A stretch of 44,533 nt of DNA. Source: Candidatus Geohabitans tengchongensis (GTDB lineage Bacteria; Sysuimicrobiota; Sysuimicrobiia; Sysuimicrobiales; Humicultoraceae). A model generated the notes under the pieces. The model was given only the letters and a program-made list of their open reading frames with translations. It was not told the DNA's origin and did no database searches. Shown here in pieces: positions 1 through 10,255 of the stretch. The DNA lies in contig JAVKIH010000020.1 of assembly GCA_031459625.1 (NCBI GenBank), positions 1 through 44,533 of the forward strand, written 5' to 3'. Numbering within the stretch: the first letter of the stretch is position 1; each line of letters starts with the position of its first letter. The position numbers and the translations under genes were made by a program.

Positions 1-211
1 CAGATCCGCTGGCAGCGTCTTGACCAGCTCGGAGCCGACACCGCCCGTCTTGCTATTCGTGCCAACCCGCAGTACTGTGGGCATGGAAGCGGTCTCCCTT
101 CCGCATGGTGTTTGGGTTTGCACCCACTGATTCATTCACCACGCCGGGGCCGCTTCCCTCATTTCTCAACGGACTTTAGCACACGCTCAGGAAACTGGAT
201 GCTCAGAGAGA

Positions 212-874
212 ATGAGAATCGCTCGGTTGCACGTATTAGACATTCTTACACCGAGTTGGCATCCTCGGCCGAACACACTGGTCTCGAACTACGCTTATCT
301 TGTTATCTCCAGCGCTGGAGTCCTGTTATTCGATACGGGTTTGGGTCCCCCCCACAGCTGGATTGACGACCACTGTCGGCCCAAGAGGTATGATCTGGTT
401 GCTCTCCTGCGTGAGAAGGGCGTGTTGGTAAGTGACGTGGATGTGGTGGTCAACTGCCACCTGCACTTCGACCATTGCGGCGGCAATCACCTGTTCAAAG
501 GCGCTCGATTCGTGGTCCAGCGCACAGAGCTCGAGGAAGCCCGGACTCCCAATTACACGGTACGTGAATGGTTCGACTTCACGGGCGCTCGGTTTGAGAT
601 AGCTGACGGCGAGCACGAAATTTGGGCGGGCGCCACGGTTTTTCCGACCCCGGGCCACACCATGGGTCATCAGTCGCTTATCTTGGATAGTCCGAAAGGC
701 ATTGTTGTCCTCGCTGGTCAAGCCGCAGAGTCGCCCGAGGGGTTTGAGGAGGGAACTGGTAGTTGGGAGCCGGACCGCCAAGACATCGGTGCGGCCAGCA
801 TTGCTCGCTTGAAGGCGATGTCGCCGACGCGTGTGATGTTCGCTCACGACGCGTCTGAGTGGCGTCGGGGCTAA
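212..874 (+). CDS. Metallo-beta-lactamase-fold hydrolase, N-acyl homoserine lactonase (AiiA/AttM-like) family
   Basis: 220 aa ORF with LFDTG, HLHFDHCGG (HxHxDH), TPGHTMGH and a terminal FAHD motif; visibly lower GC than its neighbours. Confidence 0.85.
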   Translation: MRIARLHVLDILTPSWHPRPNTLVSNYAYLVISSAGVLLFDTGLGPPHSWIDDHCRPKRYDLVALLREKGVLVSDVDVVVNCHLHFDHCGGNHLFKGARFVVQRTELEEARTPNYTVREWFDFTGARFEIADGEHEIWAGATVFPTPGHTMGHQSLILDSPKGIVVLAGQAAESPEGFEEGTGSWEPDRQDIGAASIARLKAMSPTRVMFAHDASEWRRG

Positions 875-896
875 AGGTGCTATCTCATGAAGTGTC

Positions 897-963
897 GTAC
901 CACTGGCGCGTGCAACCGACCACTGGCTACGTGCGCGGCCGCTGACGCGCCGATCCGTTGGAC
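897..963 (+). mobile_element. attC-like integron cassette recombination site (degenerate)
   Basis: R''-like GTACCAC (897-903), 5-nt spacer, L'' CGTGCAAC with an extra G (909-916), L' GCTGACG (941-947), R' GTTGGAC (957-963, matches GTTRRRY); pairing extends GGCGCGT/ACGCGCC; lies just after the lactonase stop. Confidence 0.5.
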
Positions 964-1016
964 AGAGCTGGACGAGGGTGATCCCAAGGGGGAATGACCA
1001 GGCGGCATCCAGAGGG

Positions 1017-2498
1017 CTACCGCAGCGGCCGGAAGGTCTCGGCGAACCCCTCCGCCTGGAAGCGCACCACCTGCCCCCGAACCCGTCCCTCGACGGTGTA
1101 GACGCCCCGCACCTGCAGGAACACCAGTCGGGCGGGTGCGCCTTCCGGCGCCGCGGGGGTGGCGACGACGTCCCGCACCGCCACCGTCACGGCCAGACGG
1201 TCCCCGGCGTCGTTGGCCGCCCGGTACGTCATCCGTCCCGGCACCCGCACCGGGCGCCCATCCACCGTCCGGACCATCCGCCACGCCCCGAAGACGGGAG
1301 GGGTGGCGCGCAGCGTGGCCAGCAGGCCCGGCCGCGGACCTCCCGCGTACAGGGCGAGGAACATCTCCTGTCCGCGCACGGCCGGGTGGTGGAGTTGCCC
1401 GGCGAGGAGGGCAAACGTGGCCGTGCTGGCCGTGCCCCACTCCCACGTCACCGCCTCCCACACCCCCCAGTTGTGGTCGTGGTAGGCGACCCCCGCCAGC
1501 GGGACGGTCCGGGCGCCGAGGCGCAGCGCGCCATGGGCGGCGGCGCGCAGCGCCGGGACGACGTACCCCGAGCGGAACCCGCCGGTGCCGCTCCACTCCA
1601 CGGGGGGGAAGACCAGCCCCGGTACCGGCCGCACGGTCAGGTCGAGGCTCGCCTCCGCCCGGCGCAGGCGTATCCGGTAGATCCCGTCCTGCAGATCGAT
1701 GCGGTGGGGCCCTGCCCGGAAGGCGAGCGCGTCCGCACGCCCCGCCGGTGCCACGGGGAGGACGGTGTCGGTGTGGACCTCCTCCCAGCGCACGTGGCGG
1801 CCGTCGGGTAGCCGCAGGCTGAGACCGACCTGGACCCGCCCGTCGCGCGCGGCCACGAAGGCGAGGTAGCCGTAGGTGCCGCTGCGGTCGATGAGGTTGA
1901 AGTACCACCACTCCGCCCAGGTCCGTCCCGCCGGGCCCGGGGTCGGGCGGTGGAACCGGTCGATCGTCGCCAGCAGCGTGGCGGGGTCCGGCCGCAGCCA
2001 GGCCCGGTCGGCGGCGGTGTCGCGCCAGGCCGGCCCGGGTACGGCCAGGGCACTGCGCGCCGCCCGGGCGGCCTCGGGCAGGGCGGCGCTGGCGCGCGCC
2101 GGCAGGCCCTCCGGCGGGCCGTTCCCCTCGGCGGGCTCCACGGGGCGCACGTAGACCAGACGGTCCGTGACCTCGGGGGAGACGGCGGCGACGTCGTCGG
2201 CGTACCGCGGCCCCAGGAGGACCTGCCGCGCCAGGTAGCGCGCGTTGGGGATGGCCAGGTACATCGCCGTGACGCCGCCCACCTTGAGGAGCTCGGGGTC
2301 CACGCCCTCGGGGAGGAGGACCAGGTCGCCGCCGGCCACCAGGTCGCGGTCCTGCGCCTGCAGGAGCAGGGCGTCCCCCACCGCCAGGAGCGCCACCATC
2401 ACGCCCACGCCCAGCCCGTACCCCAGCAGGAGGACGAACGTGCGGCGCGGCCGCGTCCCCAGCGCGCGCCGGGCCAGGAGCAGCGCCGCGGCGGTCAT
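1017..2498 (-). CDS. Fusion of a MacB/FtsX-type permease N-terminal half and an AttH/CrtC-like (lipocalin-fold) domain
   Basis: N-terminus [19 protein letters not shown] followed by a TM helix, typical of MacB TM1; C-terminal part has EWWYFN and AYHDHNWG motifs typical of AttH/hydroxyneurosporene-synthase/tocopherol-cyclase-like proteins. Confidence 0.7.
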   Translation of the reverse strand: MTAAALLLARRALGTRPRRTFVLLLGYGLGVGVMVALLAVGDALLLQAQDRDLVAGGDLVLLPEGVDPELLKVGGVTAMYLAIPNARYLARQVLLGPRYADDVAAVSPEVTDRLVYVRPVEPAEGNGPPEGLPARASAALPEAARAARSALAVPGPAWRDTAADRAWLRPDPATLLATIDRFHRPTPGPAGRTWAEWWYFNLIDRSGTYGYLAFVAARDGRVQVGLSLRLPDGRHVRWEEVHTDTVLPVAPAGRADALAFRAGPHRIDLQDGIYRIRLRRAEASLDLTVRPVPGLVFPPVEWSGTGGFRSGYVVPALRAAAHGALRLGARTVPLAGVAYHDHNWGVWEAVTWEWGTASTATFALLAGQLHHPAVRGQEMFLALYAGGPRPGLLATLRATPPVFGAWRMVRTVDGRPVRVPGRMTYRAANDAGDRLAVTVAVRDVVATPAAPEGAPARLVFLQVRGVYTVEGRVRGQVVRFQAEGFAETFRPLR

Positions 2499-2550
2499 GC
2501 CGGCACCCCGTGGCGAGGGACCTGACGCTGGCCCGGTCCGCGCCGGCGGG

Positions 2551-3240
2551 TCACATCAGCACCCCGTCGCGGATGGTGAGCACCCGCGGCGCCCGCGCGG
2601 CCAGCTCGGGGTTGTGGGTCACCACCACCACGGCCACCCCCGCCGCGTGCACGCGCCCCAGCAGGTCGGCTACCTGCCGCCCGGTCTCCTGGTCGAGCTC
2701 CCCCGTGGGCTCGTCGGCCAGCAGGAGCGCCGGGCCGTTGGCCAGCGCGCGGGCGATGGCACCGCGCTGCAGCTCGCCGCCGCTCAGCTGGCCGGGCAGG
2801 TGGCGGGCGCGCCTCTCGAGCCCCACGTAGCGCAGCAGCGCGGCCACCCGGGCCTCGCATTCCCGCGGCGGCACTCCCGCCTCCAGCATGGGCAGCAGGA
2901 CGTTCTCGGCCAGCGTCAGCATCGGCAGGAGGAAGAAGCGCTGGAAGACGAAGCCCACACGCCGCAGCCGCAGCGCCGAGAGCGCGGCGTCGCTCAGGCG
3001 GTGGGTGGGCTGCCCGAAGAGGCGGACCTCGCCGGCGGTGGGGAGGTCCACGCCCCCCATCAGGTGGAGCAGGGTGGACTTGCCGCTCCCCGAGGGCCCC
3101 ACGATGGCGAGGAACTCCCCGGCCCGCACCTCCAGCGTCACCCCGCGCAGCGCGTGGACGGCGCTGCCGTCGAGGCGGTAGGTGCGGGTGGCCTCGCGCA
3201 CCTCCACCAGCACCTCGCCCGGGGCGGCCGGGTGCAGCAC
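2551..3240 (-). CDS. ABC transporter ATP-binding protein, LolD/MacB (MJ0796) type
   Basis: Walker [22 protein letters not shown] signature, ADEPTG, VTHN; GTG start at 3240 with GAGGTGG upstream (alternative GTG at 3249). Confidence 0.92.
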   Translation of the reverse strand: MLHPAAPGEVLVEVREATRTYRLDGSAVHALRGVTLEVRAGEFLAIVGPSGSGKSTLLHLMGGVDLPTAGEVRLFGQPTHRLSDAALSALRLRRVGFVFQRFFLLPMLTLAENVLLPMLEAGVPPRECEARVAALLRYVGLERRARHLPGQLSGGELQRGAIARALANGPALLLADEPTGELDQETGRQVADLLGRVHAAGVAVVVVTHNPELAARAPRVLTIRDGVLM

Positions 3241-3250
3241 GGTTTCCACC

Positions 3251-4420
3251 TCACTGCACCTCCCGGTGCAGCGTGGCCGCCACGTTGAGGCGGCCGGCCA
3301 CCCAGGCTGGGTAGGCGGCGCCCAAGGTGCCGGTGAGGAGGAGCAGCGCCACGGTGCGTGCCACCGCGGCGGGGCTCCCCACGAAGAAGTGCAGTTCGCA
3401 CGGGACGCCCGGGGCGCTGCGCAGGATGGCGTCGAGCGGGTCGCTGATCGCCGCACCGAGCAGGAGGGCCAGGGGCGTGCTCACGCCGGCCACGACCAGC
3501 CCCTCCATCAGGATGAGCAGCACCAGCCGGGCGCGGGAGAGGCCGATGGCGCGCAGGGCGGCCAGTTCCCCCAGCCGCTCGCCCACCGCCAGGGTGAGGA
3601 CCGCGCCGATGAGCAGGAAGGCGACGAGCAGGCTGACGGCGCTCAGCACCGTGGCGAAGTGGGCGAAGTAGGTGAGCTGCCGGCGGATCTCCGCGACGAT
3701 GGCCGCCACGGAGAGGGCGTCCAGCGCCGGGAAGGCGTCCTCGATCCAGGCGGCCACCCGCTCGGGGTCGGCCCCCGGCCGCACCTTCACCAGGAGGAGC
3801 GAGGCCTCCCCGGCACCGGCCCCGAGCAGGGCCTGGAGGTCGGCAAGTGGCAGCGCCAGCGTACGCTGCCCCGCCAGGTCAAAGGCGAACTCGCCCAGCG
3901 CCCCCACCCGCACCGTGATCACGCGCTCGGGGGTCCCGGTCTGCGGGCTGATGCGCGTGGCCAGCCGCAGGGTGTCCCCCGGCCGGAGGTCCAGCGCCTC
4001 GGCCAGCGGGCGGTTCACCACGACGCCCGCACGGCCCGGTCCCTCGACGCGCACGATGTCGGGAACCTCGGGGGTGAGGCCGTAAGCGAAGGCGGCGCGC
4101 CGCCGTTCGTTCGCTTCCGCGTAGAGGGTCGTACCCAGCAGCGGCGCCGCCCAGGCCACCTCGGGGTGGGCGGCGATGCGCCGCGCGGCCCGCCCGGCGT
4201 CGGGGATGGTCGCCTCGGTGGCGAAGGGCAGCGTCCCCGCGGGCAGGACGCGCAGCTCGTAGTGCAGGCGTCCCAGGCTGAGGGCCAGGCTGCGCTCCAG
4301 CCCGCCGCCCAGCATCGACATGTCGAAGAGCAGCGCCCCGGCGATGGTGACCCCGGCCACGAGCAGCACCGTGCGCGAGAGGGCGCGGCGCAGCGTCCGC
4401 CGGGCCAGCAGCCAGACCAT
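3251..4420 (-). CDS. FtsX/MacB-family ABC permease (full length)
   Basis: TM1, periplasmic domain, ERLGELAALRAIG motif, three C-terminal TMs, LHRE-type tail. Confidence 0.9.
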   Translation of the reverse strand: MVWLLARRTLRRALSRTVLLVAGVTIAGALLFDMSMLGGGLERSLALSLGRLHYELRVLPAGTLPFATEATIPDAGRAARRIAAHPEVAWAAPLLGTTLYAEANERRRAAFAYGLTPEVPDIVRVEGPGRAGVVVNRPLAEALDLRPGDTLRLATRISPQTGTPERVITVRVGALGEFAFDLAGQRTLALPLADLQALLGAGAGEASLLLVKVRPGADPERVAAWIEDAFPALDALSVAAIVAEIRRQLTYFAHFATVLSAVSLLVAFLLIGAVLTLAVGERLGELAALRAIGLSRARLVLLILMEGLVVAGVSTPLALLLGAAISDPLDAILRSAPGVPCELHFFVGSPAAVARTVALLLLTGTLGAAYPAWVAGRLNVAATLHREVQ

Positions 4421-5431
4421 CAGCGTCCCACCTGCTCCAGCGGCGGCCGACGGAGCAGCCGGGCCGCCACCGCCGCCCCCGCCCCCACCCCCAGGACGAC
4501 CGCCAGCACCGCGGCGGCCAGCAGGGTCTGCGGCACCAGCACCGCGAAGCGCAGGCGCGTCTCGAAGAGCGGGCGGTAGTAGGCGTTGATGGCGGCGACG
4601 AGGGCGGCGCCCACTCCCATCCCCACCAGCGTCCCCAGCAGCGCCGCCGCGGCGGCGATGGCCAGGACGGCCAGCCCGATGGTGGCGCGGCTCACGCCCA
4701 GCAGGCGCAGGGCGCCGATCTCGCGCCGCATCTCCGTGAGCTTCAGGCTCATGATCGTCACGAGGAAGATGGCGCCGGCCAGCAGCGTGACGACGCCGAT
4801 GGCGCGGTGGAAGCGGGAGACCACGACGAAGGTGCGCGAGACGTGGCGCGCCACCTCCTCCGCCGTGTAGACGTCCACCCCCGGGACCAGCGCGTCCAGG
4901 TCGCGCGCCACGACCTCGGCACGCTGCCGGTGGCGCAGGCGCACCACCACCCGGTCGACCACGTCCGCCGGCCCGGCTCCATCGCCGGCATCCTGCGCCG
5001 GATTGCCGCCGCGCGCGGGGAGGCGGTCCGGGGCCGGGGGGCGGCCGGGGGGCGCAGGGCGGTCGCGCGCCAGTTGGCGGTTGCGCACCGGGGTGCGGTC
5101 AGCGGCCAGGAGGGATTCCAGGTCGGGCAGGTGGAAGCGGAGGAGGAGGTCCTCGCGGGCCACGTCCGCCGGGTGCTCGGGCGGCGCCCAGACCACGGCC
5201 ACGCGGAAGCGGCGGCGGGCGCCCTGCTCCGTGAAGGGGCGGGGGCTGACCTCGATCACAGCGCCGGGGCGCAGTCCCAGGCGCCGGGCGGTGCGCTCGG
5301 GTACGGCGACGGCGGGAAGGTCGTCGGTCGAGGCCGCAGCGGCCGTCCCCGCCGCAGCGTCCGCGGCGACGGGGCGTGCGCTCACCAGGGTAAGGACGAG
5401 CAGGAGGAGGAGCATCCCGACCCACCTTACC

Positions 5432-5433
<2 letters not shown>
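4420..5433 (-). CDS. FtsX-family ABC permease C-terminal half with N-terminal signal peptide
   Basis: MVRWVGMLLLLLVLTLVSARPVAA (signal-peptide-like); EMRREIGALRLLG motif and C-terminal TMs; start at ATG 5433 or ATG 5415. Confidence 0.8.
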
Positions 5434-6220
<787 letters not shown>

Positions 6221-6247
6221 GCGAGGCTGTCCGGGCCTGAGCGGTCA

Positions 6248-6277
6248 TTGCGGCCCCCGCACGGGGCCCGCTATAAT
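6248..6277 (+). promoter_or_regulatory. Sigma70-type promoter of tRNA-Gly/tRNA-Cys
   Basis: TTGCGG (6248-6253), 18-nt spacer, TATAAT (6272-6277), 10 nt before the tRNA. Confidence 0.7.
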
Positions 6278-6287
6278 CGGCGTGAGT

Positions 6288-6362
6288 GCGGGAGTAGCTC
6301 AGAGGCAGAGCGTCTCCTTGCCAAGGAGAAGGCCGCGGGTTCAATTCCCGTCTCCCGCTCCA
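6288..6362 (+). tRNA. tRNA-Gly(GCC)
   Basis: GCGGGAG/CTCCCGC acceptor stem, TCTCC-TTGCCAA-GGAGA anticodon arm, TTCAATT T loop, encoded CCA. Confidence 0.97.
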
Positions 6363-6438
6363 GCGGACTGCCGAACACAACTCGGTCCGGACCGGGTTCA
6401 TCACGATACGGACAGTCGGTCGGACGACCGGCGCCCGA

Positions 6439-6513
6439 GGCGGCGTAGCCAAGAGGCAAGGCAGGGGTCTGCAAAACCCCCATTCCCCGGTTCGAATCCG
6501 GGCGCCGCCTCCA
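6439..6513 (+). tRNA. tRNA-Cys(GCA)
   Basis: GGCGGCG/CGCCGCC acceptor stem, GGGGT-CTGCAAA-ACCCC anticodon arm, TTCGAAT, U73 discriminator, CCA. Confidence 0.97.
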
Positions 6514-6560
6514 ATCCTTAGTCAGGCCCGGAACCTCACACGCGCTGCTGCAGACCACTC

Positions 6561-6647
6561 TGGTGGGCAGGGTGGGATTCGAACCCACAAGCCCTGGCGG
6601 GCAAGGGGGTTTAAGCCCCTCGCGTATCCCTGTTCCGCCACCTGCCC
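6561..6647 (-). tRNA. tRNA-Leu(TAA)
   Basis: Reverse strand: GGGCAGG/CCTGCCC acceptor stem, AGGGG-CTTAAAC-CCCCT anticodon arm, long variable arm, TTCGAAT, ACCA end. Confidence 0.96.
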
Positions 6648-6651
6648 GGCC

Positions 6652-8076
6652 TCATTGTACCTGCAGGTGCGCCGTCGGGTCGATGCCCGCGGCCTCCGGG
6701 TCCACCGCCCGCACGATGTGCCGCTCCGGGTCGTCCTCCAGGTCCAGCGTGTACGGCGCGATGGGGTCGTGGAAGCGGTTCTGCACGACCCGCAGCACCG
6801 GGCGCGTGAGCTCCCGCTCGCCCGGCCGGAGGACGACCCCCAGCTCCCCGGTGTCCAGCTCCACCAGCGACCCCACCGGGTACAGCCCCAGGGCGTGGAC
6901 GAAGATACGCGCCAGCACCGGGTCGAAGATCGTGCCGGCCTTGTCCAGGATGAAGCGCATCGCCTCGACCGGGGCCATGGGCCGGTGGTAGGGGCGGCGC
7001 GCGGAGGTGGCGGCGTCGAAGAAGTCGGCGATCTGCACGATGCGGGTGACCAGGTGGGGGAAGCGGCGGGTGCCGATGCGTGGGTAGCCGGAGAGGTCGT
7101 AGTTGGCGTGGTGCTCGAAGGCGGCGATGAAGGCCACGCGGGCCAGGCCCGGCAGGTTGCGCAGCAGGTGGGCCCCGTAGACCGGGTGGCGGCGCATCAC
7201 CACCTGCTCCTCGGGCGTGAGCGCTGCCGCCTTTAGCAGGATCTCCCGCGGCACCCGCACCTTGCCGATGTCGTGCAGCAGCCCGGCCAGCCCGATGGCG
7301 ATGAGCCGGGCCCGGTCGACGTTCAGGCGCTCCGCCATGAGCAGCGCCAGGACGGCGACGTTGAGCGAGTGGTGCGCGGTGTCCTCGTCGTAGGCGCGCA
7401 GCGCGCTGATGCCCAGCAACCCGGCGCGGTCCTCCATGATGATGTCCACCAGCGAGTTCACGACCATCCGGGCCTTGCGCATCTCCAGGGGCAGGCCGCG
7501 GGAGGCCTGGAAGGTCAGCTCGTCCGCCACGCGCAGCCCGGCCCGGTAGGCGTCGCGCGGGTCCACCCGGAGGCGCAATTCCTCCGGCGCGGCCGGCGCC
7601 GGCCCGACGGTGATGTGGCGCACGCCGCGCCGGGCCAGGGCGTGGCTGGCGCCGCCCCCGCGGCGCAGTTCCGCCGCCGGCAGGTTGAGGACCTCGACGA
7701 GGTGCTGCAGCTCCTCCACCTCCACCCCGGCGTGGAACTCCAGCACGCCGACCTCCCGCTCGCGCAGGTCGAGGAGCAGGGCGTAGAGCTGCAGGCTCTC
7801 CTCCAGCAGGACGGTCCGCTCCACGTAGAAGGTGTCCTCGTGGATGGCCAGGCGCAGGGAGTGCCCGGCGGCCACCAGGCCGGCCAGGATGCCGTGGGCC
7901 TCGCGCATCGTCGAGGCCACGACGGGGTGGCCCGCCCCGTAGAGGGCCGCCGTGCGGCGGGCGCGGGCGATGACCCGCAGGACGTCGCCCGGCTGCAGCG
8001 GCCGCCGACGGGCCTCCCCCTCGGTCTGGCCCCACAGGCTGCGGGACGGGGTGGGCACTGCGGCCGCCTCGCTCAT
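6652..8076 (-). CDS. HD-GYP domain c-di-GMP phosphodiesterase-like protein
   Basis: HSLNVA, LHDIGK, EHHANYDLSGYP, IADFFDA, RPYHRPM motifs; ATG overlaps the upstream stop (ATGA) with GGAGG upstream. Confidence 0.88.
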   Translation of the reverse strand: MSEAAAVPTPSRSLWGQTEGEARRRPLQPGDVLRVIARARRTAALYGAGHPVVASTMREAHGILAGLVAAGHSLRLAIHEDTFYVERTVLLEESLQLYALLLDLREREVGVLEFHAGVEVEELQHLVEVLNLPAAELRRGGGASHALARRGVRHITVGPAPAAPEELRLRVDPRDAYRAGLRVADELTFQASRGLPLEMRKARMVVNSLVDIIMEDRAGLLGISALRAYDEDTAHHSLNVAVLALLMAERLNVDRARLIAIGLAGLLHDIGKVRVPREILLKAAALTPEEQVVMRRHPVYGAHLLRNLPGLARVAFIAAFEHHANYDLSGYPRIGTRRFPHLVTRIVQIADFFDAATSARRPYHRPMAPVEAMRFILDKAGTIFDPVLARIFVHALGLYPVGSLVELDTGELGVVLRPGERELTRPVLRVVQNRFHDPIAPYTLDLEDDPERHIVRAVDPEAAGIDPTAHLQVQ

Positions 8077-10127
8077 CGCGACGACCTCCCGCTCCCTGCG
8101 GCGACGGCCGCCTCGGCGGCGGCCAGGGCGCGGCGGGCCAGGTCGCGCAGCGTGCGCTGGCGCCCCCAGGCGAGCCGTCCACTCACCAGGCGGCGGAGGA
8201 TGGGGACGACCTCCGGCCCGCCCAGGCGCTCCAGCGCCTCGAGGGCCGCCCGCTTCAGCTCGAAGAGCCGGTGCATGGGGTCGGGGCGATCCAGCAGCGC
8301 GGTGAGCTCCGGGAGCGCCAGGCGCAACCCCTCGGCGTTGAGCGCCTGCAGCGCCCGCAGGACGATGCGCCCGTCCGGGTCGCGCAGCAGCGCCACCAGG
8401 TGGCGCTGCGCCTCGGCCGTCCCGAGGCGCGCCAGCGCGTCCACCGCCTCGCGCCGGACGCGGTACTCCTCGTGGCGGAGCAATCCCGCCAGCGCCGGGA
8501 CGGCCGAGGGGTCGCCGATCCGGCCCAGCACGTCCGCCAGGTTGCGGACCAGGTACCAGCGTCCGTCGCTCAGGTGCGCGGTCAGTTCCGCCACGCGTCC
8601 CCGGCCCAGCGCCGCCAGCAGGTCGCACAACATGGCGCGCATCCCCGCGCGCGGTTCGCTGCCCAGCGCCCGCACCAGCGGGCCCACTGCCGTCCTGCCC
8701 AGGGCCTGCAGGCAGGCCCGTGCCCCAGCCTCGTCGGGGGTCCCGCGCGTGGCCCAGAGCACGGTGAGCAGCGTCTCCAGGGTCTTGCCCTCGGCGGCCC
8801 GGCCGAGCACCTGGGCGGCGGCGGCCTGGGCCGGCCCGGCGGTCTGGGCCAGGGGGTTCAGCTCCCGCAGCAGGCCCTCCAGGACCGCCAGGTGGCGCCG
8901 CTCTGCCAGCCAGGGGAGGTGGGCGCTCAGGGCGTCGGCGACCTCGGCCAGCTCCGCCGGGTCCTCCTCGTTGCGCAGGACGTCGACGAGCGTGCGCACC
9001 GCGTCCACGGTCAGGCTCTCGTCGCTGATGGCCTGTGCCTCGCGCACCCGCTGTTCGAACTCCTCCTGGCGGACGATGGCCTGGCTCTCGTCGAAGGCGA
9101 ACTCCGCCAGCAGCTCGGCGGCGGTGGCGATCGTGGGCTGGAGCAGCGGGCGCAGGGCCTCGCGCAGCCACCCTTCGGGCGTCCCCAGCCGGGGCGCCAG
9201 CGCCGCCACCACTGCCTCCGCGCGCAGGGGCCCGGGAGCCAGTTCGGTGAGGAGCCGGACCGCCTCCGGGACGTCTGCCCCCGAACGCACGATCAGGTCG
9301 GCGAGCTCCGCCGGGGCCAGCTGGTCGACGAGGAGGCGGGCGGAACTGTCGTTGCCGGCCCGGAAGAGCAGCGTGCGTGCCAGCGCTGAGCCGAGCGGCT
9401 CCTCCAGGTGGAAGGGGGCGTGGGCCAGGGCGTCGTAGAGGGTGGGCTGCTCCTCGAACGGTTCGTCGAGGGCCAGCCGGTCCAGGGTCCGCAGGGCGCG
9501 GTAGACGCGGTCGACCTGGTCGGCGGGCGGGCTCTCCGGGAAGACCTCCAGGGTCAGGGCGTGGACGTTCTGGAGGAGCCGCGCGGCCGACCCGGCGCCG
9601 CCGCGCACGATCTCCAGCAGGCGCTCCCGTTCGGGCCCGGCCAGTCGCCCCGCGCCGATCAGCTCGTAGAAGACGCTCATGCCGAGGCTCTCCGCCGCCT
9701 CTTCCTGCTCGAGCGCCATCTCGACGACCTGGACGGTGCCCACCTCGGCCGCCCAAAGGAGGTCCGCGACCCCGCCGGAGGCCTCCAGGCTCATCCGATC
9801 GCGCGCCACCGCGCCGAGGAAGGCGGCCAGGTCCCGCCGGGTCGCCGCCGGCAGGATGGTCACCTGGGCGACCTTGCGCGTGTAGAGGTGGAAGGCCAGG
9901 TCGGCGAAGGGGACGCCGTCCAGGACCTGCCCGTCGACCGTCAGCGCGTGCTTCGCCACCCGGACCGTGAAGGGCCCGGTGCCGTCCAGGTACGGGCGCA
10001 GTTCGCCCTCGAACCTCTCGAGCGCCTGGTCGGCTGCCGGATGCGGCGGCGGGTAGAGGGTGAAGGCTTTGACCGCCGCGTTGAGCCGTCGCAGCAGCCG
10101 GTCCGCCGCCTGCCCCTGCGACTCCAT
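8073..10127 (-). CDS. HEAT/PBS-lyase repeat protein
   Basis: C-terminal HEAT repeats (WYLVRNLADVLGRIG, VRREAVDALARLG, LKRAALEALERLG); ATG 10127 with GAGGGAG upstream (alternative GTG at 10163). Confidence 0.8.
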   Translation of the reverse strand: MESQGQAADRLLRRLNAAVKAFTLYPPPHPAADQALERFEGELRPYLDGTGPFTVRVAKHALTVDGQVLDGVPFADLAFHLYTRKVAQVTILPAATRRDLAAFLGAVARDRMSLEASGGVADLLWAAEVGTVQVVEMALEQEEAAESLGMSVFYELIGAGRLAGPERERLLEIVRGGAGSAARLLQNVHALTLEVFPESPPADQVDRVYRALRTLDRLALDEPFEEQPTLYDALAHAPFHLEEPLGSALARTLLFRAGNDSSARLLVDQLAPAELADLIVRSGADVPEAVRLLTELAPGPLRAEAVVAALAPRLGTPEGWLREALRPLLQPTIATAAELLAEFAFDESQAIVRQEEFEQRVREAQAISDESLTVDAVRTLVDVLRNEEDPAELAEVADALSAHLPWLAERRHLAVLEGLLRELNPLAQTAGPAQAAAAQVLGRAAEGKTLETLLTVLWATRGTPDEAGARACLQALGRTAVGPLVRALGSEPRAGMRAMLCDLLAALGRGRVAELTAHLSDGRWYLVRNLADVLGRIGDPSAVPALAGLLRHEEYRVRREAVDALARLGTAEAQRHLVALLRDPDGRIVLRALQALNAEGLRLALPELTALLDRPDPMHRLFELKRAALEALERLGGPEVVPILRRLVSGRLAWGRQRTLRDLARRALAAAEAAVAAGSGRSSR

Positions 10128-10255
10128 CGCTCCCTCGAACGCCCCCCCCTGCGCGTGCTCCACAGGGCGGCGACCTGTCCCCCAGCGGACATGCCCAAGA
10201 CCGCGCCGCCGTTAGTCGGCTATCCTGAGGGGCGATGACCGGGGCAGGGGGCGTC

